From contig OZ316896.1 of the NCBI GenBank assembly GCA_973895155.1, forward strand, positions 3,100,001 to 3,164,000: a stretch of 64,000 nt of DNA, in the 5' to 3' direction. The notes beneath the pieces are model-generated. The model ran no database searches and had not been told where the DNA came from. It worked only from the letters and a program-made list of their open reading frames with translations. Each line of letters begins with the position of its first letter. Position 1 is the first letter of the stretch. This DNA comes from Marsupella aquatica. Taxonomy: Eukaryota > Plantae > Marchantiophyta. Positions 37,701 to 48,806 of the stretch are shown piece after piece. The translations under genes were made by a program, and so were the position numbers.

Positions 37701-39194
37701 TTAGGAATCAAAATTCATCCCGTGTCCATGAAGATTGTCACGAGCTTTATCGGCACGAACTACCTTGCGAAACTGCTGCCATAGTGTCACTCCACTACCA
37801 CGAGCTTGCGCCACTCTTTCGGATGTTGCTGCTAGAGCTCTGTCTCTCATATTCGTCTTGGCTTTCGTGAGGTTACCGAAATGTGCTACTTCGCTATCGA
37901 CAGTCATCTTCGAAAACTTTCCGTAGTTACCAATCACTTCATTTCTGTTTAATTTCACGAGACCCTCCTCGAGCTGCCTCAGAGATTCCAATCGATCAGC
38001 CTGGTTTTCCTCCTCCAACTCGTTGTCGTTCTCAACTACCGGCTGGAATTGGACGCTTAGAATATGATTACAGCCGTTGAACTGCGTCCGCAATCTCTCC
38101 ATGTGCTTGTCTATCCACTCTGGGGTTGAATTGGTAATCACTACGGTGAAGTTGTTTGCAATCTGTTCACCGAAAAGGCGCAGAAAGAAATTCCAGGTAT
38201 CCTCTTCTAGCAAGTCGTGGCGATCTTGCTTGTACACGTAAATGTAATGAGTGAAAATTCCGTGTTTCTCGTCTATATCTTCAAAAATCTTCATCACAGC
38301 AGTCTTTGTATCTATGGTGTTAAGTTCGTCTCTAGTTTGTCCTAGACCCGGCGTATCAACGACGAACCACTTAGCATTAAAGCCAACCTCGACTTGATCA
38401 GTTTTCCCTCTCGCACCTGAGGAGGTAGCTAATGGTTTAGCCTCAGGGTCCAGCTTTCCTTTCGTCAGCATTTGAGCGAGAGTCGACTTCCCACTGCCCG
38501 TCCTCCCAAACAAAATTACTTTGACAGGAGCCCAAGGTCCATGCAAATTGTGCACTTCGGGAAACTTGAAAAATCTCATCGTCGGGATTTCTAGCTTCGC
38601 CCCAACTTCTAGTGCCCCATATTGCAACATCACATCGCAAAGATCTTTAAATCGTACTTTGGCAAGGTTCTGTTTTACTATTACCCTTTGCATGCCATCC
38701 TCACGGCGCTTCACCATGAACACTAGAAACGTAATCGGTGCTTTGGCCGGATTGAAAATGTAACGCAACAGACCCAGCCAAGTAGGCAGATCTGTGCTCC
38801 GAGAGCTCGTCCTAGAGGACAAGTCGGGCGGAATTGTATTGATCACACATACCACAGCCACTTCCTTGCCTTTCAGCTCCTGTAAGCGATTCCAACTTAT
38901 CCACAAAGGTGCAATTCGTCTCATCTCTTCATCATCTGTTGCCTGCTCCTTCTGGAAGGGTGACGTGTTCACAACAATTTCTCTGAATTTCATCTTTTTG
39001 TTCATCTTGAAAGGTGCGGTGTTGTACGCTGAAGCTGCCTCCCCGGGGAGGTCCTGTAAACTCCTGCCATAAATTTCCCCGCCCAAAGTTTGTGATACTG
39101 GTTCAGGTTCCAGGGCGAGAGCCTTCGCGGCATATGTTTTGTATTCTTGATCAGACCCAACAACTAGGATCGCCTTCTCAAAGTCCAAGTCCAT
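37701..39194 (-). CDS. AIG1/GIMAP-like GTPase with an N-terminal pseudoGTPase domain (copy A, 497 aa, intronless)
   Basis: C-half: VILFGRTGSGKS (G1), KT (G2), VVDTPG (G3), QDR box, LRLFG..FTVVIT. N-half: ILVVGSDQEYKT, IVVNTSP. Confidence 0.9.
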   Translation of the reverse strand: MDLDFEKAILVVGSDQEYKTYAAKALALEPEPVSQTLGGEIYGRSLQDLPGEAASAYNTAPFKMNKKMKFREIVVNTSPFQKEQATDDEEMRRIAPLWISWNRLQELKGKEVAVVCVINTIPPDLSSRTSSRSTDLPTWLGLLRYIFNPAKAPITFLVFMVKRREDGMQRVIVKQNLAKVRFKDLCDVMLQYGALEVGAKLEIPTMRFFKFPEVHNLHGPWAPVKVILFGRTGSGKSTLAQMLTKGKLDPEAKPLATSSGARGKTDQVEVGFNAKWFVVDTPGLGQTRDELNTIDTKTAVMKIFEDIDEKHGIFTHYIYVYKQDRHDLLEEDTWNFFLRLFGEQIANNFTVVITNSTPEWIDKHMERLRTQFNGCNHILSVQFQPVVENDNELEEENQADRLESLRQLEEGLVKLNRNEVIGNYGKFSKMTVDSEVAHFGNLTKAKTNMRDRALAATSERVAQARGSGVTLWQQFRKVVRADKARDNLHGHGMNFDS

Positions 39195-40046
39195 GGTATA
39201 TTGGAAAGGTACAGTACCTGCACCGTGCCTACGGCGTGCTCTGGGCTTGGGGCACCTACCTCCTGGCTGCTGCTACAATGAAAGAAGGAAGAACTTACAA
39301 AAGTGGTGTCTGTTGCAAATACTACAACGTACACATCCAATGGTCTATCAGAACCAGGGAAAATGCACTAGCGGCCCGGTCAGTCGACCTCAATCGGCCC
39401 ACACACGCCCCACACTCCAATAGTTGAATTACCGCGACCTAATCTGCCAGAGATTCAAACTCAGCCATTTAAAATCATTGGAGGCTGTCCCTCGAGGCGG
39501 ATATCTGTGACTGATCTTGCTGTCGAGGATTCACCATCATTCTGTTCCAGGTGCGATAGATGGAGGCTGAGCCCAGCAGCCTGGAGACAAGCTAGCTCCT
39601 GAATCACAGAATTCGAAGATGTAATGGGTTAGATGGCTAGACAAGCTCGCTGGTAGCCAGCCTTGAGTGCTCAAATCCACGATCACACCTGCTGCTGAAG
39701 CCTCAGCACGAACAACTCCCATTGCACAAAATAATTACGGAAGCAGGAGACTAGTGAGATCCTCAGACTACAGCTGCTCTTCTTCCCAGTCCCAGCGATG
39801 AACCAACCGGCGACACAGTCGATCAATCTAGCACCGTCAGCCAGAAGGATCCGAGATGAACACGACCATACGCGGTCCTTTCGGCTAGCGATCAATTCGA
39901 GACTCATTTACGCGCATTTTCTCGAAGACACTGACGACCAATTTGGGTCTAGACTCCAGCTAGACTGATGATGAAGAATCTCGCTCAGGTAAGCCCTCCC
40001 CGGCATCTGTACAATCCCTTCCCCGGATCAGCCCTCCTTACTCGAA

Positions 40047-40406
40047 CTGTGCACAAGATAACAAGTTGACCTGGATGGAGGCCTGAAGACTGAATTCCTA
40101 CCTGCTTCGAAATTACCTGATCGAATTATAGTCCTGAGCAATAACGAGTTGAACCGTGGGCTCCTGAAATCCCCCGACGAAGGAATTCTGATTCCAGAAC
40201 GGAGTTTTCGAAGCATGGTTACTCGCACTACCGCACTGTGTACACGATAACAAGTTGACTTGGATGGAGGCCTGAAGACTGAATTCCTTTCTGCCTACGT
40301 GAAGGGATTATACTCCTGAGCATGAAAGAGTTGAAAGTGAGCTCATGAAACCCCCAAAACGAAGGAACTTCTGATTTTAGAAAGGAGTTTTCGAAGTTTT
40401 CGAAGC
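40047..40406. repeat. ~189-bp tandem duplication
   Basis: ACAAGTTGAC(C/T)TGGATGGAGGCCTGAAGACTGAATTCC at 40061 and 40250. Confidence 0.85.
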
Positions 40407-42855
40407 AGCCATTTTTACAGTCCATTGCGCATAAGTGCATTCACTTTAGGCTGGGGTGTAATTCCCTATATATGACGCTGCTTTCCTTTGGAAAACTCAT
40501 AGGAAAATGCACTGTTTATACTTGCAATTAGTCAGCTCTCACCAAACATAAAAATAGCACATGTGCTTTAATCAGTTACAGCAAGGAAAACATGTAAAGT
40601 AGTTTCTTGCACTTATCCAGGTGAATCATGTGGTATCTGGGCTTAGCATATGAGGAGTGTGTGTAATATGACAACACATGTGAGAAAGTGCAGATTGAAG
40701 TGATCTCCCAAGCACTTAATAAATATATACTGGGTAGTGCAACCATGCTGGGTAGTGCAACCACCAAGGTCTAGACCCTTAGGATTGTTATTGTAACTTA
40801 AACACACCATTTTTGAACCGAAAAAATTGACAACAATTAGGGAGACCCCTTGTTGGGATGGATAATCATAACTTTAATATCATTTCACATCACCAGCCCT
40901 GCTATTTTTGCCAAGTTGTTAAATTTGGGTTTGAAATGTGTTATGCAATCAGGTTTTAAGGTTGTGATGCAGCCCATCTACTTAGATTAAGGTTCATCAA
41001 GCTAGGCTTAGCTTTTTTTGTTGAACAAATAACTGCTACTCAAAGTGAAGAGCAGCTGTATCTTCCCAATGGACGGTTCAGAATCACATCTTGGAAAGCA
41101 GGAAAAAGTCCAACATTCAAGCTAGCAAAACTAACCTACAGTCATCATTTATTCTCATTGATTTCACTGAGCTGTTAGAGAACAAAACTAAGCTCATCCT
41201 GGAGAAGGGAACCATCCCTGCAAATTAATCAAGGTTGTTTGAGTACCGTTCTTTGTTAAGTTGCTACAGCTTGGACGACTGCTTGGCTCAATGGAGGAGG
41301 AACTGAATTCAGGTGGAAACTGGTTCTGGCTTGCTGTAGTGCTGGGGTTTCAATATGACTAATTGAGTTTAATCACTTGACTTGAATTTGGGCACCCACA
41401 ATTTCAGAATCCATTTAGAATGGTCTCTGACAATTCTTGAAGGGCTCCCAACCATTCTGGAAGGGCACTCATGCATATTGTGTGAAAACGGTACGTCTGC
41501 TCTCTACATTGATAGCTAAAGTTACTCTCGGTCACCTTTTGTGAGAACAACATATTTTTGGGTGAACTTTTGTGAGAACCACATATTTTTGGTCTGTGAC
41601 CCAGTCCGTCACTTTTTTGGGAACCACATATTTTTGGTCTATGATCTGGGTTTGAATTGACTGACAAGTTGTTGTATTGTCCGAACACAAGCAGTTATCC
41701 TACATGAGCAACACTACAACTTGTCATTTGTTGGCTCTAAAAGAGGTGTTGTATATTTGCCTATATTCCCAAGCCTGTTGGGACAAGCCTGGGCCGGGGC
41801 TGGGTTGGGGTTGGGCCGGGTTGGGGTAGGGTGTGGGTAGGGGGCCGGGATGATGGGGTGTGACACATGTCAGATGTAGGGGTCCAGATCCCTCATTTAT
41901 CGGACAAGTACAAACCTGGTCTCCTAGCATTTTGACCCGGCCTCCTAACATTTTGGTCAAGGAAAAGGGAAAGCTCAGGAATGAGGTGGTTTGAGAGGCT
42001 CCAATAGCTGGATGACTAATTGCGTTCACGTGGCTTGAATCTCTTCTTTGCCATGACCTGAGCTTTCCTTATAGCAGCGCGCAATCTGAAATTTCCGAAG
42101 CGCAAAAGGCATAATTAATTCTATAGATGTTCCAGACGGTTCTTGTTCATTAACGCACTTTTGGGAATGAGACTGTCAGATTTCACGCAGAAGGTCGACA
42201 TTGTTTGAGGCATTCAATTTCCTGAAGGTCTACTACATTTCCAGCTCGACAATTGCACTGTCCCGGCACTGACCCTTGAACGTGCTGAAGAGTTAAAATC
42301 TCGGGATTCAGCACTTTAATGCGCGTAACATCGTTTGCAAAGCTCCTTGAGAGGCAATCACTTGCGCCCTGGCTACCTTTCAAGACCGTCATGGCAATTT
42401 TCGTTTCCAGTAGTTGGTTACTCAGATAAAACGCTGTTAACTTTTAGGAGACTGAGACTCTTCAAACATCGATAAACATCTACAATTCCTCTCAGATTCC
42501 GACATTTTGCAAGCTCTACATTTTTATTGTGTGCACAATCTGCCACCCGTGCCTTTCGTGTGCATTTGTGTAGAACCAAATCTCACGGCCCCTACAAAAT
42601 CAGAAAGGCCCCAAACCTCTAGGATAGGGGGAACACAGCTGACAATCTCCAATTTGTGCTCTTAATTACAAGGCTCTTCCGAGCTGGGACCTTTGAAGGA
42701 TTCCCAGGTACATCGACGACAACCTAAAACTACGGGGGTATGTAATATTTGTGACAGTAACTCACTACAAGAATCAGGCACGAGGACCTCACTGTTTTTG
42801 AAGTTACGTTTGGGAATTGGCCTGATAGGTAGAAATGCAACTACTTGGGACCGTT

Positions 42856-44295
42856 TTAGGGACGAGTACTCTTGAACATCCTCTTCCATTTGTTCCCATC
42901 TCGTGGATTAGTATTTGCGACGCCTTTGGCTGTAGAAAAAAGAGCTCTGCCTCGCATACGGTTCGTTGCACCTTTCCCCGAAATTGTTCGAGCTCTGCCT
43001 ACCGCACGTTTCGTTGCATCTTTCACCGAACTGACGGATTCACGGAAACCGTGGCCCTCAGTTGTCTTAGAAACCTGTCTAGTTTTGTTACATTCCACCG
43101 GATGTCTGCCTAGAATAGCAAGACCTTCCTCGAGCTGCTTCAGAGATTCCACTCGCACCTTGCAGTTTTCCTCCTCCAGTTCTTTGTCGTCGGGCTCGAT
43201 CGTCGGGAAGTCGGCGCTGAGAAAACTTTCGCAACCGGTGAAACTCTCCCGCAAAGCATCCATGTGGGTTTCCACCCAGGCCTGGCCTGAATTAGTAATC
43301 ACTACAGTGAAGTTGCTTTTGATGTGTTCTCCAAAAATTTGCATAAAGAACCTCCAGATCTCGTCGTCCAGCGTGTCAAAGCGATCTCGTTTTTTCACGT
43401 ATATGAAATGAGTGAAAAGTCCGTGGGTCAACTGGATCTCTTCAAACATCTTCATCGCGAGATGATGTGTGGATGTGGAGCTAAGTTTTTCTGACGGTTT
43501 TCCTAGACCTGGCGTATCAACAACGTACCAGCCTCTACCCTGACCATGTTTGACTCCAAGGCTCTTTCCATCGACACCTGAGTTGGAAGGAAAAGCGTTG
43601 GAACAAGAGTCGAGCTTTTGCAGGGTAAGCATCTGAGCAAGAGTTGACTTGCCGCTGCCCGTCCTCCCGAACAAAATCAGTTTGACAGGCCGGTTGGAAA
43701 TATGTAGCTCTTCTCTAGGTGTCAAAACGGAAAGCGTCAGGGGGATCTCTGGGTCCTCCCCAACCTTCGGTACTTGCCGACGAAAAACAATATTGCTCTC
43801 TTCAAATCCGTCCTGTACAAGGAGTTCTCTGATTCTATTCTTCGTAGTGTTGGTACTGACATTCTCGCTACCCTTTATTCGCACAACTATTGTAATCGTT
43901 GCTCGACAATTGAGGAAAATATCAGCCAGCAGAGTGAGCCAAGCATATATACGTCTATGCAATTTCGATTTCGAAAGATTACATTTGTGCTGAAGCGAAG
44001 TTAAATCTATCACACACACAACGGAAACCAACTTGCCAAACAGCTCGTTCAAGATATTTGATGAAATCCAATCATCTACAATTTCTGTCAAGTTTCTTCC
44101 TTCCATGATCTTTCGGTTAACATTCCAGGATGTGGATTCGACAACTACTGGCCTCCCTTCCGTCCTATAATTTACAACCCCTGCCTCAGTCCTTCGAACT
44201 TCCCCTCCACTATGACGCTTGGCGAGGGCCTCTGAGACATGAGCTTTGTACTTGCTATAAGCTCCGACAACCAGGATGACCGGTACAAAGGCCAT
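42856..44295 (-). CDS. AIG1/GIMAP-like GTPase with an N-terminal pseudoGTPase domain (copy B, ~479 aa, intronless)
   Basis: Likely start MAFVPVILVVG at 44295, aligned with the paralog starts. LILFGRTGSGKS, VVDTPG, RDRF box, QIFGE..FTVVIT. Confidence 0.88.
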   Translation of the reverse strand: MAFVPVILVVGAYSKYKAHVSEALAKRHSGGEVRRTEAGVVNYRTEGRPVVVESTSWNVNRKIMEGRNLTEIVDDWISSNILNELFGKLVSVVCVIDLTSLQHKCNLSKSKLHRRIYAWLTLLADIFLNCRATITIVVRIKGSENVSTNTTKNRIRELLVQDGFEESNIVFRRQVPKVGEDPEIPLTLSVLTPREELHISNRPVKLILFGRTGSGKSTLAQMLTLQKLDSCSNAFPSNSGVDGKSLGVKHGQGRGWYVVDTPGLGKPSEKLSSTSTHHLAMKMFEEIQLTHGLFTHFIYVKKRDRFDTLDDEIWRFFMQIFGEHIKSNFTVVITNSGQAWVETHMDALRESFTGCESFLSADFPTIEPDDKELEEENCKVRVESLKQLEEGLAILGRHPVECNKTRQVSKTTEGHGFRESVSSVKDATKRAVGRARTISGKGATNRMRGRALFSTAKGVANTNPRDGNKWKRMFKSTRP

Positions 44296-45478
44296 GGCAT
44301 GCTGATTCACCCCACAGTACAGGTGTGGGGCGTGCTCAGGTCCTTCGCTAAGTTGGTTTGCCCCTCCTAGTAGCTGCAAGAAATAACCATTAAAAGTTCA
44401 CATTATTCTTTACAAAAAGATGTGACATTCGCGTCTCTTCAAATCAACTAACTAGCTCAAGATTCACAGTGGGAAGACATTGATCTAGCCGGCAATAGGG
44501 TATGATGCTGACCGTATGGCTGATTTCAAATATCGCACCTAGACGAAGATCCCAGTGTTGTCGATCCTTCTGACCAAGGAGCAAATTTAAACAGATATGC
44601 CGTCTCAACAACTTTCCGACTAGCAATTACTTCAAAACAGCGATCGAGACTTGAGGATGTCCAACAGTGTAGTGGATCCAGAAATTTTCATCTCGCTGAC
44701 AATTGCTAGTAGCCTCTATCGTGTAGCAGCACTTACATGTGAGAATAGTCCTGGCCAAAATCTTACTCCATGAAAACGTACTCAAGCAGGCTACACCACG
44801 CCTTCACACAGCACGTTGCACCGCACCGAGGAACAAAACCAGAAAATGAACATTTAAACGCGCACCAATCACAGAGAGTTAGTTGCTTGGACAAGACTCA
44901 ATACTGAAGGCGTGATCGACCAACGAATCAATCCACGAAATACACACAAACAGCATGAGCGGAGCTGACGAAGGTATAGTGAGCTAAACAAGGCGATTTG
45001 AAAACGTGTGAGACTTGTAATGGCATCTACTCTTCCTGCCGCGTGCTTGGAAGCTCCCGGCTACGGTTCTGGTAGTACACCGCTCGGGGGCTCTTTTCCT
45101 TTCCGTGTTAGATTGAGCGGAGAGACCCCATTATGGGAATCAGAAAAATGTTTGATTCCACGAACATAGCGGTGCTCCAGCCGCGTGCTTGGAAGCTTCC
45201 TTCTCCAGTAGGGGTACATTCTTCGGGCCCTTTTTTTCAAAGGTCCTAATTGACCGGAGCAACAAATATGGGAATCAGAGTACTGTTTATTCTCTCAAGC
45301 TGTAGAAAGTCTATTCCCGCGTCCAAGCCAAAGCATCTACAGTAGGGGCGCGATGGAAAGCCCTGGCTCGGAACAGCTGCGAGGACTGACCTCCATATTG
45401 ACTTGGATCACAGCAGCGAAAGACCAAGATGTCCACTCTGTTTGTGATTGCGAAAGTTAATGTATATATACATTAGGT

Positions 45479-45618
45479 TTCATTCGTAGGAGTAACTTAA
45501 TGTGAATGAGAAGCTTACAAATTTCATTCGTCGGAGTAACTAGTGCCTCAGTCTTGTGAAGCTTACAAATTTCATTCGTCGGAGTAACTAGTGCCTCAGT
45601 CTTGTGAAGCTTACAAAT
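45479..45618. repeat. 48-bp tandem repeat immediately upstream of GTPase C
   Basis: TTCATTCGT(C/A)GGAGTAACT..GAAGCTTACAAAT, ~3 copies ending ~25 bp before the ATG. Confidence 0.85.
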
Positions 45619-45642
45619 TGCTTCAGGACAGCTTGAACCACG

Positions 45643-46416
45643 ATGGCTTCAGAAAGGAGAGTGGTCCTGTTCGGAAGAACAGGCGCTGGAAAATCCACTG
45701 TTGCCAATGTCCTTGTGACAGGAGGAATCGAGCAGCCGATGGTGTTTCCAGCCAGCGACGCGCCGACAGGGTGCACTTCAGAGATCATCACAAAATCCGG
45801 AAGGGGTTGGACTGTCGTAGACACGATAGGTCTTGGAGAAGCAGAGTCCGGAACCAGGTCGCATGAGGAAGCGCAACTTGAGTTGAAAAGCTTTCTCAAG
45901 CAGGTCAGGGATGCGTACTCCCACATAATCTTCGTGCAAAAGGCGAGTAGAATGACTGAACTGGATAAGGTGATTTGGACGCTGTTCGCTAAAATATTCG
46001 AGGGTGCTGAAGACGCGTTCGTTGTTCTCTTCACCGATGCAACCGATGAGTGGCTCGAAGAGAACAGAACGTTGCTTCCACCCCACATGGGCGATTATGA
46101 AAAATTTGCAGTCAACATTCCTCCTATCAGCGATAAATTAGTGAGAGAGAGGAGAAACAAAGTGGCGAGAGACCAGTCGTTACAGGAACTAGAACAGAAG
46201 CTCATTGCACATTTTGCGCGAAGGGGGAACAAACCCTCTGTTCCCAACATTGCTACAATGAACGACGAACAACTAGAGTCGACAGCAGAGAAGTTGATGG
46301 CTTTGGCCATCCGCATCATTAGAGAATGCATCGATCCAACGAATTGGTTGAGAGTCGCTTCCAGGATAGGCTCATGGTTCGACGTTATGGACGCATTTTC
46401 TAATGTCCTTAATTAA
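45643..46416 (+). CDS. Single-domain AIG1/GIMAP-like GTPase (copy C, 257 aa, intronless)
   Basis: VVLFGRTGAGKSTVANVL, GCT (G2), VVDTIG (G3), SRMT box, KIFEG..FVVLFT. Confidence 0.92.
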   Translation: MASERRVVLFGRTGAGKSTVANVLVTGGIEQPMVFPASDAPTGCTSEIITKSGRGWTVVDTIGLGEAESGTRSHEEAQLELKSFLKQVRDAYSHIIFVQKASRMTELDKVIWTLFAKIFEGAEDAFVVLFTDATDEWLEENRTLLPPHMGDYEKFAVNIPPISDKLVRERRNKVARDQSLQELEQKLIAHFARRGNKPSVPNIATMNDEQLESTAEKLMALAIRIIRECIDPTNWLRVASRIGSWFDVMDAFSNVLN

Positions 46417-47746
46417 TGTCGTTGCAGATGGCTAACAGGCGGGGTTCTTGTCATTTCTACATATATGACTGGTAGACAGAAGATAACACATCGAATACGG
46501 TAGATGTACATGTAGAATTACAGTAGGGCTTATTACATTACGTACACATGCTAGCGGATTCGCCCATTACGTACACATGCTAGCGGTTTCGCCCGATGCG
46601 CAACGACTTGTCTCTTTCACAGGCGCACTATTGTACACATTTGGTACATGCTCTGTCGCCGATTTTGAAAAGTATGATCATTCTTCTTTATCAAGTTTGT
46701 GCTGTGTGTGCCAAGTGTATTGTAGTACGAAAATCAATGGGATTAGTAGTTCACCAAATGTGCTAGACTCGATTTTATCAGGTTGCCACATTTTCGTCTC
46801 TCTTAAATCTGAATTCTGTGGCCGGGCAAACTTTGCTTGTTAGCATTTCGACTCACACTTTAAATCAACGCTCAATCTGGGTCACACTGACTAAAATTGC
46901 TTCAAAGGGCGTTCGTGAACAGACCTATTCACTCAAAGATCAAGCAAAATAAAGTTTCTTGTACACAAACATATCACTGTCCATTTTCTAATTCAATGCT
47001 ATGTGCATCCTCGTGGGTTCTTCTCTCCTGCGCAGTCATCCCGTAGGATCTGGGCACATTACATGCAATGCTCGCTGGATCCCTCCTCCTCGTACCAGGT
47101 GTATTTGTCTTAGGAATTCTTTAAGCTCGACAATGTTGTAGGAGTTCACCTCAAATGCGCCTCGTTACGCAATCACGTTTTCATCATCCACCGTTCTTCG
47201 ATTCACTCGCGCTCCACGAGCTTCGACATTCCATTACATGACCTTGCAGCAGGGAGCATTTTCTGGGTGTTTTGTAATACTCATCCAGTAATGGGTACTC
47301 GATGATTGCTCTTTCCTGTTCGCAACTAAGTGACACTGTATTTGAGATTCTACACCATCTTGCTCTTCTCGTCACGCTACAATACGTCCGTTTCATGTCA
47401 CTCATCATGACAATCAAGTTGTCTCTATAAGTAATATTAGCTCACTCAGAGAGCTAATTCGATCAATTTCATGATCTCACTATTTTGGATTCGTGCAAAT
47501 TTATGTTTCCTGCCGTAGTCTAGACTCGAGGTTTAGAGAGTACCATGTGATAACGGAGAAACCAGATAGAGAAGCGCCAGTTAACACGAGCAACAAGAAA
47601 AATACAGCTACGCGAGACTATGCATGACAGCCAATCGAGGAACTAATTGGCAGAGGATTGAATTGGATTCCAAAGTGCAGAACCAAAGAATTTGCAAGTG
47701 GAATTTAAGAGAGACGAAATTTCAGGGCACTAAATTTAAGAGTAAG

Positions 47747-47751
<5 letters not shown>

Positions 47752-47803
<52 letters not shown>
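47752..47803. repeat. (GA)n microsatellite
   Basis: Seen directly. Confidence 0.97.
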
Positions 47804-47809
<6 letters not shown>

Positions 47810-48461
47810 GAGCTTGGAAAGACATAAATTTGGGCAGGAATCCCGGCAAGAATTAGCAAGAGTACAGCCGATTGCAGGATAGAAGGATAGTGGGAAAACC
47901 CGGTCAGCTAGGGATAGTGTACAAATCCCGCCCAGATTGCATTTCGTAGGAAGATGCTAGGAAAGAAATGGAAGGATCATATATTATAGTGGTTGGTGTG
48001 TTAGCGTTGATGGTCCATATTTTTCTTTCCTTTTTAACAGCTCAAAGCCACTCTGCGCAGGAGTGAGGGAGTGGTGAACACCAGCACCTGGCCAAGAAAC
48101 CATACCCCTGATGGCACACCTGGCCAAGAAACCATACCCCAGCCGTGCCATCAGGACAACCCTGTGAACGAATCAAATGGTGAACAAAAAACATTCTTTC
48201 AGCGAGCGGATTTTTGTTCAGAGCTCGTGGACGTTCTCCGAATTTCGTCATCGTAGGATTGGCTCAAACTATGTCCCCGTGCGCCTTCCACCTTCCGTAT
48301 CTATCGTCCTCCACAGCATCTATCGACTACTGTAGTTTAGGGAAAGGACTGCTTATGATTATGTCCATCTGAGGTCATTCTGCTAGAAGTTGTTCACTGG
48401 CTTGCAGGTTGGTTCATTACTAGGACTGGGAAGTTGAGCAGCAGTCAGAGTGTGAGAATGC

Positions 48462-48773
48462 TGCGATTGACAGTCGTGATCGACAGGAAAAACTCTTGCA
48501 CAAAAGATGGAATGAAAATAATGCGTACTGCTTTCATTCAAGAGAGACTCTTGCACAAAAGATGGAATGAAAATAATGCGTACTGCTTTCATTCAAGAGA
48601 GAGAACAAATAGATGTCAAAATGGACATCAAGATTTTTTCCCCCGAAAAGGCAGAAGGGGAAAAGTAAAAAACTCCAGGTGAAAAGCCAGTGGGGGCGCG
48701 CCTGGGGTAGTGTAGAGTCTAAACTAAAACAGGTGTCAAGATAACAGGAGATCGACAAAAGAGGTAAACGACA
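48462..48773 (-). repeat. 3' LTR (312 bp, with an internal 55-bp tandem duplication)
   Basis: Matches 53229-53485 except for the duplicated unit 48492-48546/48547-48601 and about three substitutions. Confidence 0.95.
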
Positions 48774-48806
48774 GACCCCTCAGATCTTCTGAAAAACGAA
48801 TGTCTG

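Noticed and set aside
39537-39722. Conserved uORF in the shared GTPase leader
   Set aside because: The paralogous leaders (53491-53670, 56860-57040) have indels and stops in this frame.
44296-44379. N-terminal extension of GTPase B given by the ORF track
   Set aside because: It starts at a non-ATG codon; the ATG at 44295 aligns with the paralog starts.
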